This document shows positions 48,561-60,119 of a DNA stretch of 64,000 nucleotides, in pieces. Source of the DNA: Vicugna vicugna (Eukaryota); the NCBI GenBank assembly GCA_013265495.1, contig MU058289.1, positions 992,001-1,056,000 on the forward strand, read 5' to 3'. The translations under genes and the position numbers were made by a program. The notes beneath the pieces are model-generated. The model was given only the letters and a program-made list of their open reading frames with translations. It searched no databases and was not told where the DNA came from. Within the stretch, counting starts at the first letter, position 1. Each line of letters opens with the position of its first letter.

Positions 48561-49215
48561 CATCTTGGTGTGCAAATAAATCTAAAGGTATGCTTTCTCA
48601 AGAAATAGAATTAATCTCAGGGATTATTGAGCTGCACTACAGAGAAGCTGTATAAAATGGTTGGTTCTCTCATGAAAATTACAAGATTAAATTTAAATCC
48701 TTAAACACAATATGAGCAGCCTCAACTGAATAGCAAAGAACACATCATTAGAAAGAAAGTGTCAGAAATAATCTATGAGGGATTATTGCAAGAAATGCTT
48801 AAAGTCTTTTGACATTCTTCTTTAAAATTTAATAAAAGCTGATCATTGAAATTGGAAATGTATTCTGTTTGAGGACCATTAAACTAAAATATTTTAACTG
48901 TAATTAGGTCTTAAATGTAAGTATATTAATGTGAGAAATGCTTTGTAGTAAGTAGAGCAGATGATTCACACATGTGATGGAACCTCTTCATTGGCCTCTC
49001 TTTATTTCTAAGACAAAGTCTGAATTATCCTCCAAGCTATTGCATTTTGCCAGAAGCACTGGATCTGGGAGTGGAGGAATCACTGAGGATACATATGCAT
49101 TCCTAAAATGGGTCTTTCCATATGATTTTCCCTTTAACAGATACATTTTAGATATAGATATAGATATATCTCTATATATATATTCTTAGACAATATATTA
49201 AAAACTATATCTCCA

Positions 49216-49620
49216 TGTGATGGTTAATTTTATGTGTCACCTTGGCATGGGTCATTTGGTCAATTATTATTATGGATGTTTCTGTGAGGGTGGTTTTTCA
49301 GTGAGATTAACATGAAAAGTAAATTTTGAGTAAAGCAGATTGCCGTCCATCATGTGGGTGGGCCTCATCCAATCAGGTGAAGACCTTAACAGAATAAAGA
49401 CCGAGCTCCCACAAACAAGAAAGAACTCTGCCAGCAGATGGCCTTCAGATCTGAACTGCAACATTGACTCTTCTTTGTGTCTCTAGCCAGCCAGCCCAGT
49501 CTGCAAATTTTGTGGACCTGCCAGTCTCCATAAACATATAAGCCAATTCCTCAAAAAAAAATCTTTATTGCTGAATATACATATCCTATTGGTTCTGTTT
49601 CTCTGAATAACCCTAATACA
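49216..49620 (+). mobile_element. ERVL solo LTR (MLT2-like)
   Basis: Runs TGTGATGGTTAATTTTATGTGTCA...GGTTCTGTTTCTCTG...CCCTAATACA, with a 5-bp TSD CTCCA/TTCCA. Confidence 0.85.
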
Positions 49621-49979
49621 TTCCATTATACTAAATATGGTATAGTATAGTATAAATTATAGTATAATTATATAGTATAGTATAGGCAACACCACTTATA
49701 TATGCAAATAGGGAAATTTCTCTACCTTATACCCCCAAAAGGACCTTGAACTTCTCCATTGAAGATATAGCATAATGACATTAAGTAATATTTGTATAAC
49801 TGTGTAAATAATCTAATATTTTGGGCCCACTATGTGCTTTATGAACATGAAGATTTTTCTCTTAATCACTGGGAAACATAAATTCCTACAAGTATAAGTA
49901 GCATGTAATAGACATCTACATATAAATAAGCTAACACTACTAATAGATTTGTCTGCATACATCAGAAAATCTGTAGCTG

Positions 49980-50914
49980 TTATACCACACTTAGAAAACT
50001 CGGTTTTCTGACCCAACAGGCAAAGCAGAATTTAGAGACACGCTTATCATTGCTGACAAGGAGAAAGAGGCTGAATATAGGGAAACATGAAGCCACAAGC
50101 ACAGCGCTGTCCACCAGCCACTGATTTGGGTTCACACTTAGTGAAACAGAGAGAGTCAAAATGGAAGACAGTAAGTAGAAGAAGACATAGCTGCTTACCA
50201 GGATTAGGATGGTGTGTATGGCTCTGACCTCATGGGAAGGTCTGGGGAAAGTCTATTGCCGTAAATGTGTTGGACTCGCTGCTTGTGTCTGTGTAGGACA
50301 AAGACCATGGAGCCACTAGCCCACAGCATAAGACCTAAACATATAATGTCAATGGAAAAATAAATGAGAGCATATAATGAGGTCATAAATGTCTCAGCCG
50401 TAATCCCAGAACAGTAGCCATACCCTTTCATTTTTTCCAAACTGGTATTTTTGCCGTTCAATGGACCATTCACATACATGGGAATAAAGCTATTTACTAA
50501 GAGATCCAGTATCCAGGAAAGGGAACAGCAGAAACCAATGCATTTTGGGGATCTAATCCTGAGCTCCATCCACCTGGAGAAATTGGGCCAAAGCTCAGTG
50601 GCCTGGAAGCCACTGAGGAGGCAGGTACTGCTAAGGGAAACTCCTCTTCCCACTCTGTGCAAGTAGAAGACAAGTCTACATCGAACATCATCCATGAAAT
50701 ATTTCCGTCCAAAAGCTGCCATTGTTTGAGGGATTCCTTTGGAGAAAAGCACCAAGGAGTTGGCCAGGACCAGCTGGTTGAGAATCTGATCTGTGGGCCT
50801 GCTATTGTGTCCTGAAAGCAAATTGATGCTACAGAGAAAAAGGAGAGTGAAGTTTCCCAGGATCCCAATCTGAGTGAGGAAGATCATCCCCATTTCCAAA
50901 CTGGGAAAACCCAT
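49980..50914 (-). pseudogene. Vomeronasal type-1 receptor (V1R/VN1R) gene with a single 1-bp frameshift
   Basis: ORF 50204-50917 has V1R motifs (QIGILGNF, RPTDQILNQLVLANSLVLFSKGIP, FYLHRVGRGVSLSSTCLLSGFQA, MVFVLHRHKQRVQHI). TM6-7 continue in the adjacent frame (RPSHEVRAIHTILILVSSYVFFY...WLVDSAVLVASCFPIFSLFLL...SVV*). Adding 1 nt restores a 311-aa ORF. Confidence 0.9.
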
Positions 50915-51249
50915 CACATCAATATCTAGGGAATAAGGATTTTAATTGCACTTGTTGGAATCTGGAGGAACATAAAATTACACGTATTACCATCTCACGT
51001 TCCCTTTTGGGCTTAACAGAATCCACAATTACCATTTAAAATGAGCATTAAGAATATGTCTTTAAGCATGCAAAAATCTATTTTCTAAATATAAAACACT
51101 TTCTAAAGATTTTTAGAAAGTATTTCTAAGGGAAAAACATCTGGAAACCATGCAAATGTTAGATGACAAGAAGTTTGTTCAATAAACAAATGCTCATCCA
51201 CTCAAGGTACTACCCAGTAATTATGAAAAGAGAAGAAGTTAATTAGCAT

Positions 51250-51955
51250 ATCCATTATAAAAACAGTATGGAAGTTTTTCAAAAAACTAAAAATAGAACT
51301 ATCGTATGATCCAGTAATTCCTTTACTGGGTATATACCCAAAGAAAATGAAATCAGTACCTTGAAAAGTTATCTGCACTCTCATGTTCATAGCAGCATTA
51401 TTCACAATAGCTATGATATGGAGACAACCTAAGTGTCCATTGACAGATGACTGGATAAAGAAAATGTGGTATATACTTACATTATTCAGCCTTAATAAAT
51501 AAGGAGATGGTGCCATTTGTCACAACATGGATGACCCTGAAAGACATCATGTTAAGAGAAATTAGACAGACACAGAAAGAAAAAAATCTGCATGATCTCA
51601 CTAAAATGTGGAATTTAAGAGATCAAATACATAGAAGAAGATAGTAGAATGGTGGTTGCCAGGGGCAGGGAGGTGAGCGAGAATGGGAAGAAGTTGGTTA
51701 AAAGGTACAAAGTTGCCATTAGGTAGGATAAATAAATCTAGAGATCTAATGAACAGTTGATACTCTAGCTAAGAATACTGTATTGAATCCTGGAAGTTTG
51801 CTAAGAGAATAGATTTCAGGTGCTCACATCACACACAAAAAAACAGTGGTAACTATGTCATGAGCAGTTATGCTGATTAGCTTGATTGCAGTAAGCGTTT
51901 CACTATGTATATCAAATCCTGTTGTACACCTTAAATAGATATTATTAAAAAATGA
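51250..51955 (+). mobile_element. L1MA-type 3' end
   Basis: Contains AAAACAGTATGGAAG...AAAATAGAACTATCGTATGATCCAG, CAACCTAAGTGTCCATTGACAGATG and GTTGTACACCTTAAAT. Confidence 0.85.
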
Positions 51956-51964
51956 TGATTATAA

Positions 51965-52252
51965 AATCTAAAAACAAAAGAAGGAGAATACAGACTTGTG
52001 GTTACCGGGGGTGGGGGGAGGGGTAGAGGGTGGGAAGGGATAGATTGGGATTTCAAAATTGTAGAATAGATAAACAAGATTACACTGTATAGCACAGGGA
52101 AATATACACAAAATGTTATGATAAATCACAGAGAAAAAAATGTGACAATGAGTGTGTATATCTCCATGAATGACTGAAAAATTGTGCTGAACACTGGAAT
52201 TTGACACAACACTGTAAAATGATTATGAATCAATAAAAATGTAAAAAAAAAA
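51965..52252 (+). mobile_element. 3' UTR of the young L1 family with A-tail
   Basis: Near-identical to 28057-28313, with AATAAA followed by an A-run. Confidence 0.85.
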
Positions 52253-52879
52253 CCCTATAAACAAGCAGGAAAAAAAAAAGGAAAAGAAAGAGGTGCTTAC
52301 ACACTCCAGCATGATCTCTACATTTTGCTGTTTTCTAAGGAAAGGGCAAACTGTGTGTGTGTGTGTGTGTGTTTGTTTGTAATTGTGTGTGCTCACATAA
52401 AAAGGAAACCGTTCAAAGATACATAAAAATAAATTAAAATATTACTGGTATGGAAGAGACATATTTGAAATACTTTTTGGAACATCATTTTATACATTTT
52501 ATTTTGGGGCAATATAATAAAATGAAAATTAACCTACAATTAGAAGTAAAAATTGATCCGTAACTTTATGAAGCAGAATTTAAATTCAACACATTGCATT
52601 CTTTTTCCTATATATAAAAAAATGATCATTTTATGGTATAAGTAAATACAAAAATTTGACCGTACATTTGTACAGCCTAAATATATATTATAGACTTGCT
52701 CCCTCAACACCCTCCCCCCACAAAAAAAAAGACCGTAGATTTTGGCTTCTGATTTAGGATGTGCATCAGTCCTACCATTATAAAGAAAAGAGCTGAATTA
52801 ACTTATTTTCTAACCCCTCAGAAAGCTAAAGATGCAGAGCAAACAATTGGGCCAAAATCTAATAGGATACAAGTACATT

Positions 52880-53930
52880 GTAATCATGAGTGTTAACGGT
52901 CCATCTTTGTCTTAAACTGTGGATTAACTGTTGTGTTTTGTATTGAAGTAGTGCTGGCTTGATTTTTAATACTGCGAGCATTGTGTCCATACTCTGTGAG
53001 TGCATATAATAAAGATAAGAATAGTTCCAATGCCAGGGCCAGCATGACCCAGAAATGACTAAAGAAAGAAGTCTAAACCACTGTGTTACTTTAATGACAG
53101 TTGGAAGGATATATCACACTACACAAAAAGGAGGGCAGATTTTGGTACTTGGGGGCATGAAGGAGAAGGCATTGGAGAGGACCTTTGCAAACCGACTCTC
53201 AGCAAGTTAGAATGAGACGGGGAAATACTCCTAAATCTAAATTTAAAGAAGTATCAATGCTCAGTCAAAAATTGTGAATAGCAAAGTTAGCTAGGACATA
53301 CCGCATGAACAAACAGGTATTAGATCGTTCCTTTGATTGCTCTGTGACCCTGAGTAAAGTTACATTTCCTGATTCAGAGGCTGCAACTAAAATGTCCTGT
53401 GGGTGAACAAAGGGAGGCATTTTGTTACTGCATGTGTCTACCCCTTACGGTGCAGAGCAGATTCCATCAGTTCTTACCAGTGATTTTGCTTTTGTAGTAG
53501 ATAAAATGATGTGTTGATTGTGACGACAACTACAAAACATGTTTCCTGTAGCTCTTAGGTACTTTGTTATTTGAAAAAAGGAGTTTCAAATGGCTTTCTT
53601 GATTTCTATGAAAACTGTAATGAGCTACATAAAAAGTAAAATAAAAGACTGTTGATATCTTGTTCAGATGCAAACCAGACTTTGCTCATTTATCTGTATA
53701 TCCAGCAGGCAATGAAGATGTAAATTTTGGCAAATTCCATTCAGTTTATGAATTTCTTACAAAAGAAAACGGAAAGATCTATTTGCTAACTGTCCTGCAC
53801 TATGTGTCTTGTAAACAACACTGCTAAAAAGGATACCTAGGATATCTGCTAAAAAGGCTTACTTAGGACACTGGGACTGTAATAATGAAAGTTTTGGTCA
53901 CCCTTCAGTTTCCTTAAAATGTAGAGAAAC
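52880..53930 (+). mobile_element. Fossil hAT-superfamily transposase (Blackjack-like); may continue at ~56310-56870
   Basis: From ~53311 it translates as RSFDCSVTLSKVTFPDSEAATKMSCG*TK (CGA>TGA), followed by fragments FLDFYE, VNFGKFHSVY and ANCPA. Confidence 0.55.
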
Positions 53931-54076
53931 AATGAGATACTGACTGTATAGAAATGGAAGGAGACGTGTGCAGATATGTGCTTACAACAGGACAAAAGAT
54001 GTTAAAATGTTGGCTTGCTGTAAACTCAAAGTGTGGAACAAGAAAATGTCCCAAGCAAGATAAATACAGCTATACC

Positions 54077-54128
54077 CACACGCACACGCACACACACAAC
54101 ACACACACACACACACACACAACACACA
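54077..54128. repeat. (CA)n microsatellite
   Basis: Visible dinucleotide run. A short (TG)n also lies at 52352-52372. Confidence 0.9.
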
Positions 54129-54129
54129 T

Positions 54130-56290
54130 TATATTCAAACTGCTGAAATCAAAACACAACTACAGTCGTCTACACACAATTCTGCAGGTTTTCAAATTCC
54201 AAAGGACTGTGCACTACGAAGAGTGGACCTCACTGTATGCAAATTGAAAACAAAATCCAACAGGAAATAGGGGATCCTAGAGTGCAATTGCAACAAATGA
54301 ATCTAACTATATCACAAATTTATGACATTACCACATTACCACATTACCACACTATATCACAAATGTATGACATTACCACATTGCAGGAAAAAGAAAGTGA
54401 CTTTAGAAAACAGAGTTTTGATTAGATATTCAAGTTAAAGCCAAAAAGAAATATCCACAAATAATGTGCTCTATTTGGTAAATTTGTTTCTCATAGGAGT
54501 ACAAGTTAGTAATTCTGAAACTATTCAGCATGTGTACTGGAGTTGAACAAATAGGTAAATTGTAGATAATAAGAGAGCCAGGTTTTTCACTGTTAGAGAA
54601 AGAAATTACAAATAAGCAAATGGAGAAGGCTAGAATGAAACTTATGTTGCATTAGAACCAGAGACATCAGTATAACCTGCTTCAATCAATGAAACAACCA
54701 ATCAGTCAAAGTTTGTGTGTACCTATACACACATAGAGAGATAGAAAAAATAAAAATAGATGTGTGTGTACAGGTTAATTACATAATTTCTTATCTCTGC
54801 TCATTAAGAGACCCTAGAAACTCCAGAAGCAACAAGAACACCTAGCCCCTAGATCTTGGCTTCTAAACACCCTCTTCCAATAAATGGAACCAGGTTCACT
54901 AGAGAAATGGCCATTCTAGAGCTAAGGCAGGGAAAATGTAAGGTGAGCCTGGAGCATCTCGTAGTTCCAGAAAGGAGGAAACTGCTAAAAAATGGATGTG
55001 GTCATGTCAAAATGACACAGGACCTCAAACTGAAAGAGCTCCCAATGGAAACTGGAATATTTTGAGTAATATAATAAATAGTGGTAGTTTGGGATTATAA
55101 TGCAAAGAATAAAGTAAATATCCACAAGTCTATATGGATGTAAGTAATAACTGAGTAAATAAATATTAAAAGAAGAGAAAAATCTTCCTAGCAAAAGAGT
55201 TCCAATAAATAAATGAAGAAGAATTGTGGGAGACAGGAAAGCACCATTAGCAATCTAAATTAATCAAAGCTGCAGATAAGATCCACTGAAGAATACGAAA
55301 ATTAGTGCAAACATTAAAGAGACACAGGATATTTTCGTAGCCTCAAAATAACTCTCCCCAAATATTTAATAATTATACTACAGTTTAAATATGTGACCAA
55401 AAAAGTTTTTTGGTACTCCTCCCTTTAGGTGTCAAAGGTTAATGTTGTTGCTCCTACGGACTGTAGGTTGGATTTAGTGACTGGCTTATAACAAACAGAG
55501 CATGGAGAGGAAAATGTAGTAACTCTACAATGGAGAGATCTGGCAGGTACCCCCTCAACTGAGTGAGTGACATTAGTATAGCTAGTGATAAGTCATGTTT
55601 ATATTATGCATCCTTTGATATTATAATGAGATAAGAAGGGCAAATCCCCTGTTTGGTGTTCTTCTCCAAAATACACATCAGCAGTAACACTGGACAAAAC
55701 CAAACTGAGTGCTACTCTAGAATATAGGTATATATTAGAATATATTTATTCTCTCTATGAAATCTCTATATAGCACCCCTTCTCTCTGTCTCTCACTGTC
55801 TCTCTGTGTAATATATGTGATTATACAACATATATATACATATATACATATTATATGTAGTACAACATATACACATATAAGATATTACTGAAATATAAAC
55901 ATTTTTATATATTAATTTTAATATTTTATGCATGTATTATCTATATAATATGACTATACAAAGATCACTTTTATGTAAAGTAAAAAAAATTACTATATAA
56001 GTCTATATAAAGATTACTACTCTCTAAAAGTGTACAGGTCATGAAAGACAAGAAAAAACAATTCTGAAACAGAAAAAAGATATTAGTGGAAAAACTGGAG
56101 AAAACCACGTAAGGTATATAGCATAGCACATAGTATTACACCAGTATTAATTTCCTGGTTTGGACAGATGTACTTGGTTACATAAGACGTTAACATTGGG
56201 AGGTGCTGGGTCACAGCTGTATGGGAATATTTTGTACTACTGTTGAAACTATTCTCAAAATAAAGATTACTTCAAAGTAAAAAGTTTAAA
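54130..56290 (+). mobile_element. L1MC/MD-type extended 3' UTR fragments with TA-rich low-complexity insert
   Basis: Contains AATAAATGGAACCAGG...AGAGAAATGGC, TAGTGATAAGTCATGTT and TATTAGTGGAAAAACTGG...TTAATTTCCTGGTTTGG. Confidence 0.6.
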
Positions 56291-58844
56291 AATTCAAAGA
56301 AATCTTAAACTGCTGTATGTATTCATACTAATAAAATGATTGGATTTTTGTTTTGCAAAAAGTTACATGTTATTAGTCTAAGTAATAGTAGATGCAAAAA
56401 TAAAACCACAGATATTGAGTAGAAACTCTGCATTTCTAAATTGGTTCAAAAATATCAGAGTAAACTCAGAATATATTTAGTGTTTAAAGAATAGGCATAT
56501 ATTAGGGAAAAAATCTGAAAATAAAGTCATCTTACAAAACACTGTCAACAAAACAAAAGAATAGGTATATATTGCCCCTTTCAGTTGATAAGGTCTAAAT
56601 ACAACCCAGTAGTCGTAAGTCCCCCCTCAAACTGTAGGGGAGAATATTTATTGATTTACATTATATTTTGAAAGTTACAATTTTACCAACACTTAACACA
56701 ACAGCCATTTTTATAGTAACCTAAGATTTGGAATTTATTCCAGAGCATTCAATATTAGATTCATTTAAAGGATTCTCTTTTTTTTTTGAAAGCCATGTTG
56801 AAGTCACTCGTGATGTGTTACGTGCCTCATGTAATTTAAATAAAATGTTAAGGATGACATTAGTGTTTTAATAGAAAACAGTAGACTTTTTATAAACAAA
56901 AAAACCCTCAAGCAGCTGGTAGAGAAAGGCTGGGGCATGGACGAGCACAGCCGACCAGCAATGATCTTTCAGTTTTCCGTAGACGCTAATCAGTGCCTCT
57001 TACCAAGGGAACAGGGGATGAAGTGCCACGGGAGGGTCAAGTAGAGACTTGTGACGGGAGATTTCACTGAGAAATGATCAATGAATAAATACGCTCTTAA
57101 AGAGTATATACCAATCAATAACACCGCTTACTCTTTGGGTTCTTGAAACTGAAGAGGAGTAGCAGGGTATTTCGACAGAGAACATTCATATTAACTTTAT
57201 AAACATACAGATTTATTAAAAAATGTAAATGTAATTTTTCTAACAGCAATTAAAATTAAACTGATAATTTCAGGAAAAAGCTAGTAGTGTCTATATATTA
57301 TATATTAGAAGTTTATCAAAGAAGCAAAGTAAGCTAAGGGATAGAGGGAAATAACCATTTTGAAGACAAATATGTAAATAACAAACAGGAATGTCACTTG
57401 ACTTGGAGTGAGCACTCACAAAATTCATGCAAATCAGAGACAACTTTGCAGGAGCCTCTTGCTCTTGAACCAGTTGTGGTCACTGACTCCTCCTGTCCTG
57501 GGGGTACTGGAGATATTCAAGGACAAATAAAGACCATTTTATTCCCCTGAGCACAGGACTTTTCATGGAGACTCCATTAGAAGCCAAATTATGTATGCTG
57601 TGTTCTCTGATATGGAGATATATAAATATCTATTAAAATGTTATCTGGGCAGAATATATTTATGAGAACAAACTGTTGTATGAACGTGTTAGGGATGAGG
57701 GGTGAGTACATTAGAAATTCGGATTTTGCAGAGGGGAATGTGAGTTCCTTGGTGGGTAGAAATGCAGTAGATTAGAAGGATAATTAGATCCTCAAAGGAA
57801 TTTTTAAATCACAGATATTTTTGAGAAAAATTATTAGTCTCCTTAAACCACAACAGACTTCCAATGAAGGGGAACACCCTCGCGCCTGTCACACACACAC
57901 ACAACCCTCTCTGTACATTTCAGAAAATACCCTTCAGACAACAAGGGACCACTCCATAGATCACAGCTAATGATCATTATCTTATCTTCACTTGTGTTTA
58001 GAATGAAGGGTTTAGCACAAATATAGTGATGTGATAGGTGTTTGACTGGTCGGGGCAAGATGGAGATCTCAGGGCTACATCAGGGGAGACGGAGGAAGAA
58101 TGCTCAGAAGCCTTAAAGCAGGTTAGAATGACTGACTGTGTCTCTGGATCCCTCAGAAAACTCTCTCTGGTCTCTACCAGTAATGTTGTTCTAACCCAGG
58201 AAAGCAAAACTTTTTGTCCACATAATGTTTCTCACTGCATTTCCTGAGATATATTCTACTTCTTCTAAGTTCCATGTATTTGTCTGAAAAGAATAATCAC
58301 TTACTAAATTGTGCTTCTTGCTAAGACAGTGGCTGCAGTTGTGGTGTCTTGTGCGTCTGCAAAGAGGGGGCAACCTAACCCTGAGATGTAGGTTTGGGAT
58401 TCCACATGTCAGCTCCTGGGAAGTGATTATCCTTTAACCCGTAAGTTCAGTGACAGGGTCCACATGGGGAATCAAGATGATCTCTGAAAAACATGTGTGA
58501 AGTGAACAATTCCCAGAAGGCCATTAATGTTGATTAAGGAAATTATCCAGAGAGAATGACAAGAATATCCGGAGGAGAAAATTATCGGCGAACTCTAAGA
58601 AAGGATAGGTCTCGATGAGAGATAAGTACAGAACATTGAGTTCTGAGAAGGAGGGAATTAGCTGAGGCAATGGCTATACTGGAATCATGACTATTTTGTT
58701 CCCTCAAAATATGAATTATTTCTATCCCTGATAATAGTGAGCAATAACAAACTTGGAGGGAAAGGAACAGGAAGTGTAGAATTAGAGAGAGTAATTAAGA
58801 GTATAAAGGTGGAAGATAAGCTGTGTTTTCTGAGGGTTTCATTG

Positions 58845-59210
58845 TTTCAACAAATATTTACTGAATACCTACTCTCTGCCATCATTTCTAGATGCATCGT
58901 CTGGATGCATTCGCTGTACACATTAGCGAACAAACCTACAAAGAAATGTGTCCACCTGTAGCCTTCATGTGCATTGAGGGAGGTAGACAATAAGTAATGA
59001 AGGAAAAGTTATAAATTATATAGTAACGTATATGGTGAAAAGTGTAATGACAAAGAAATGACAAAGAGCTGAACTGAGTGATGACATACATTTGGAATAG
59101 GATACATTGCAATATGGAATAGAAGGGGCAGGGGCAGTCTCACAGGAGAAATAATATTTGAGCAAATACTTAAAGGAGTTCAGAGAGAGTGATCTGAATA
59201 CACATGATGC
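58845..59210. mobile_element. L2 3'-end fragment
   Basis: Contains TTCAACAAATATTTACTGAATACCTACT and ATATTTGAGCAAATACTTAAAGGAG. Confidence 0.6.
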
Positions 59211-59214
59211 TCCA

Positions 59215-59505
59215 TGAAGAAGAAATGGCCAGACCAATGCCCTTTGGGAGAGGATGACCACATGTCCACGTGGGAGTATAAAACGCAGGGCTTCCTCAGG
59301 ACCACAATGACGATCTTCCCAGCTCCAGAGCTTCCTGTGGGGTTGGCTGAGGCCTTCATCGTTTTTGCATCACAGCTCAGCATCTGCCTCTGCCCAGTCC
59401 TGTTTACTTCCTCTACCTTCCACAGGTACTGATGCCAAGACCCATTCCAAATAAATATCATGTGCGACCATCTCCAGCTCACTGTCTGCTTCCCTGAGAA
59501 TCCAG
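59215..59505 (+). mobile_element. Old ERVL LTR (LTR16-like)
   Basis: LTR end motif CTGCCTCTGCCCAGTCCTG...AATAAATATC...CTCCAGCTCACTGTCTGCTTCCCTGAGAATCC. Confidence 0.55.
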
Positions 59506-60119
59506 AGAGTAAGGTTAATTTGATATTACCAAATATTTGGTCGAATTGTTAAGCCAAACTATATAAAACAAGAATGTAACAGAATATAGGACTAGGCTAT
59601 CAGAAATGGAGATAGGAGAAAATTTTATATACTGGAGGTTCAGAGGAGGCCAATAAATCGGGTTTTGGAGCATTGCTACAACAGAAATATAACACAGTAC
59701 CTTTCTATCTGTGGGTAAAGTTCCTGGATTAATCACTTGAGAAACAGATCAGTTTAGACTGAGGAGATGTCTCAGATCTTCAGGACTCTTTCATACAGTG
59801 AAGTGAGGGCTGCAATTGGTGGCAGGTAGCAAATCTAACTGTACATTTCTATATGCAACTTTTTTGGGGTGAAAATCAGAAAAATTTAAAAAGCTAGTGG
59901 TAGATAACAAGAACATTTAATGGCTTATCGATGAAAACATTTTACATCTGGAAGTCCACTTTCTAAAACTGCCAGCTGGCCATTGATGCTGTTCAGTTTC
60001 CAACTTTAAAAATATGAACAAAGGATTTTTTCCCCAAGTGCTATGGTGATAGTAAAGTATGCATAAGCTCCATAACTAGAAATAATTGTTTTGTCCAAAA
60101 CCAGCATATAACATGCTGC

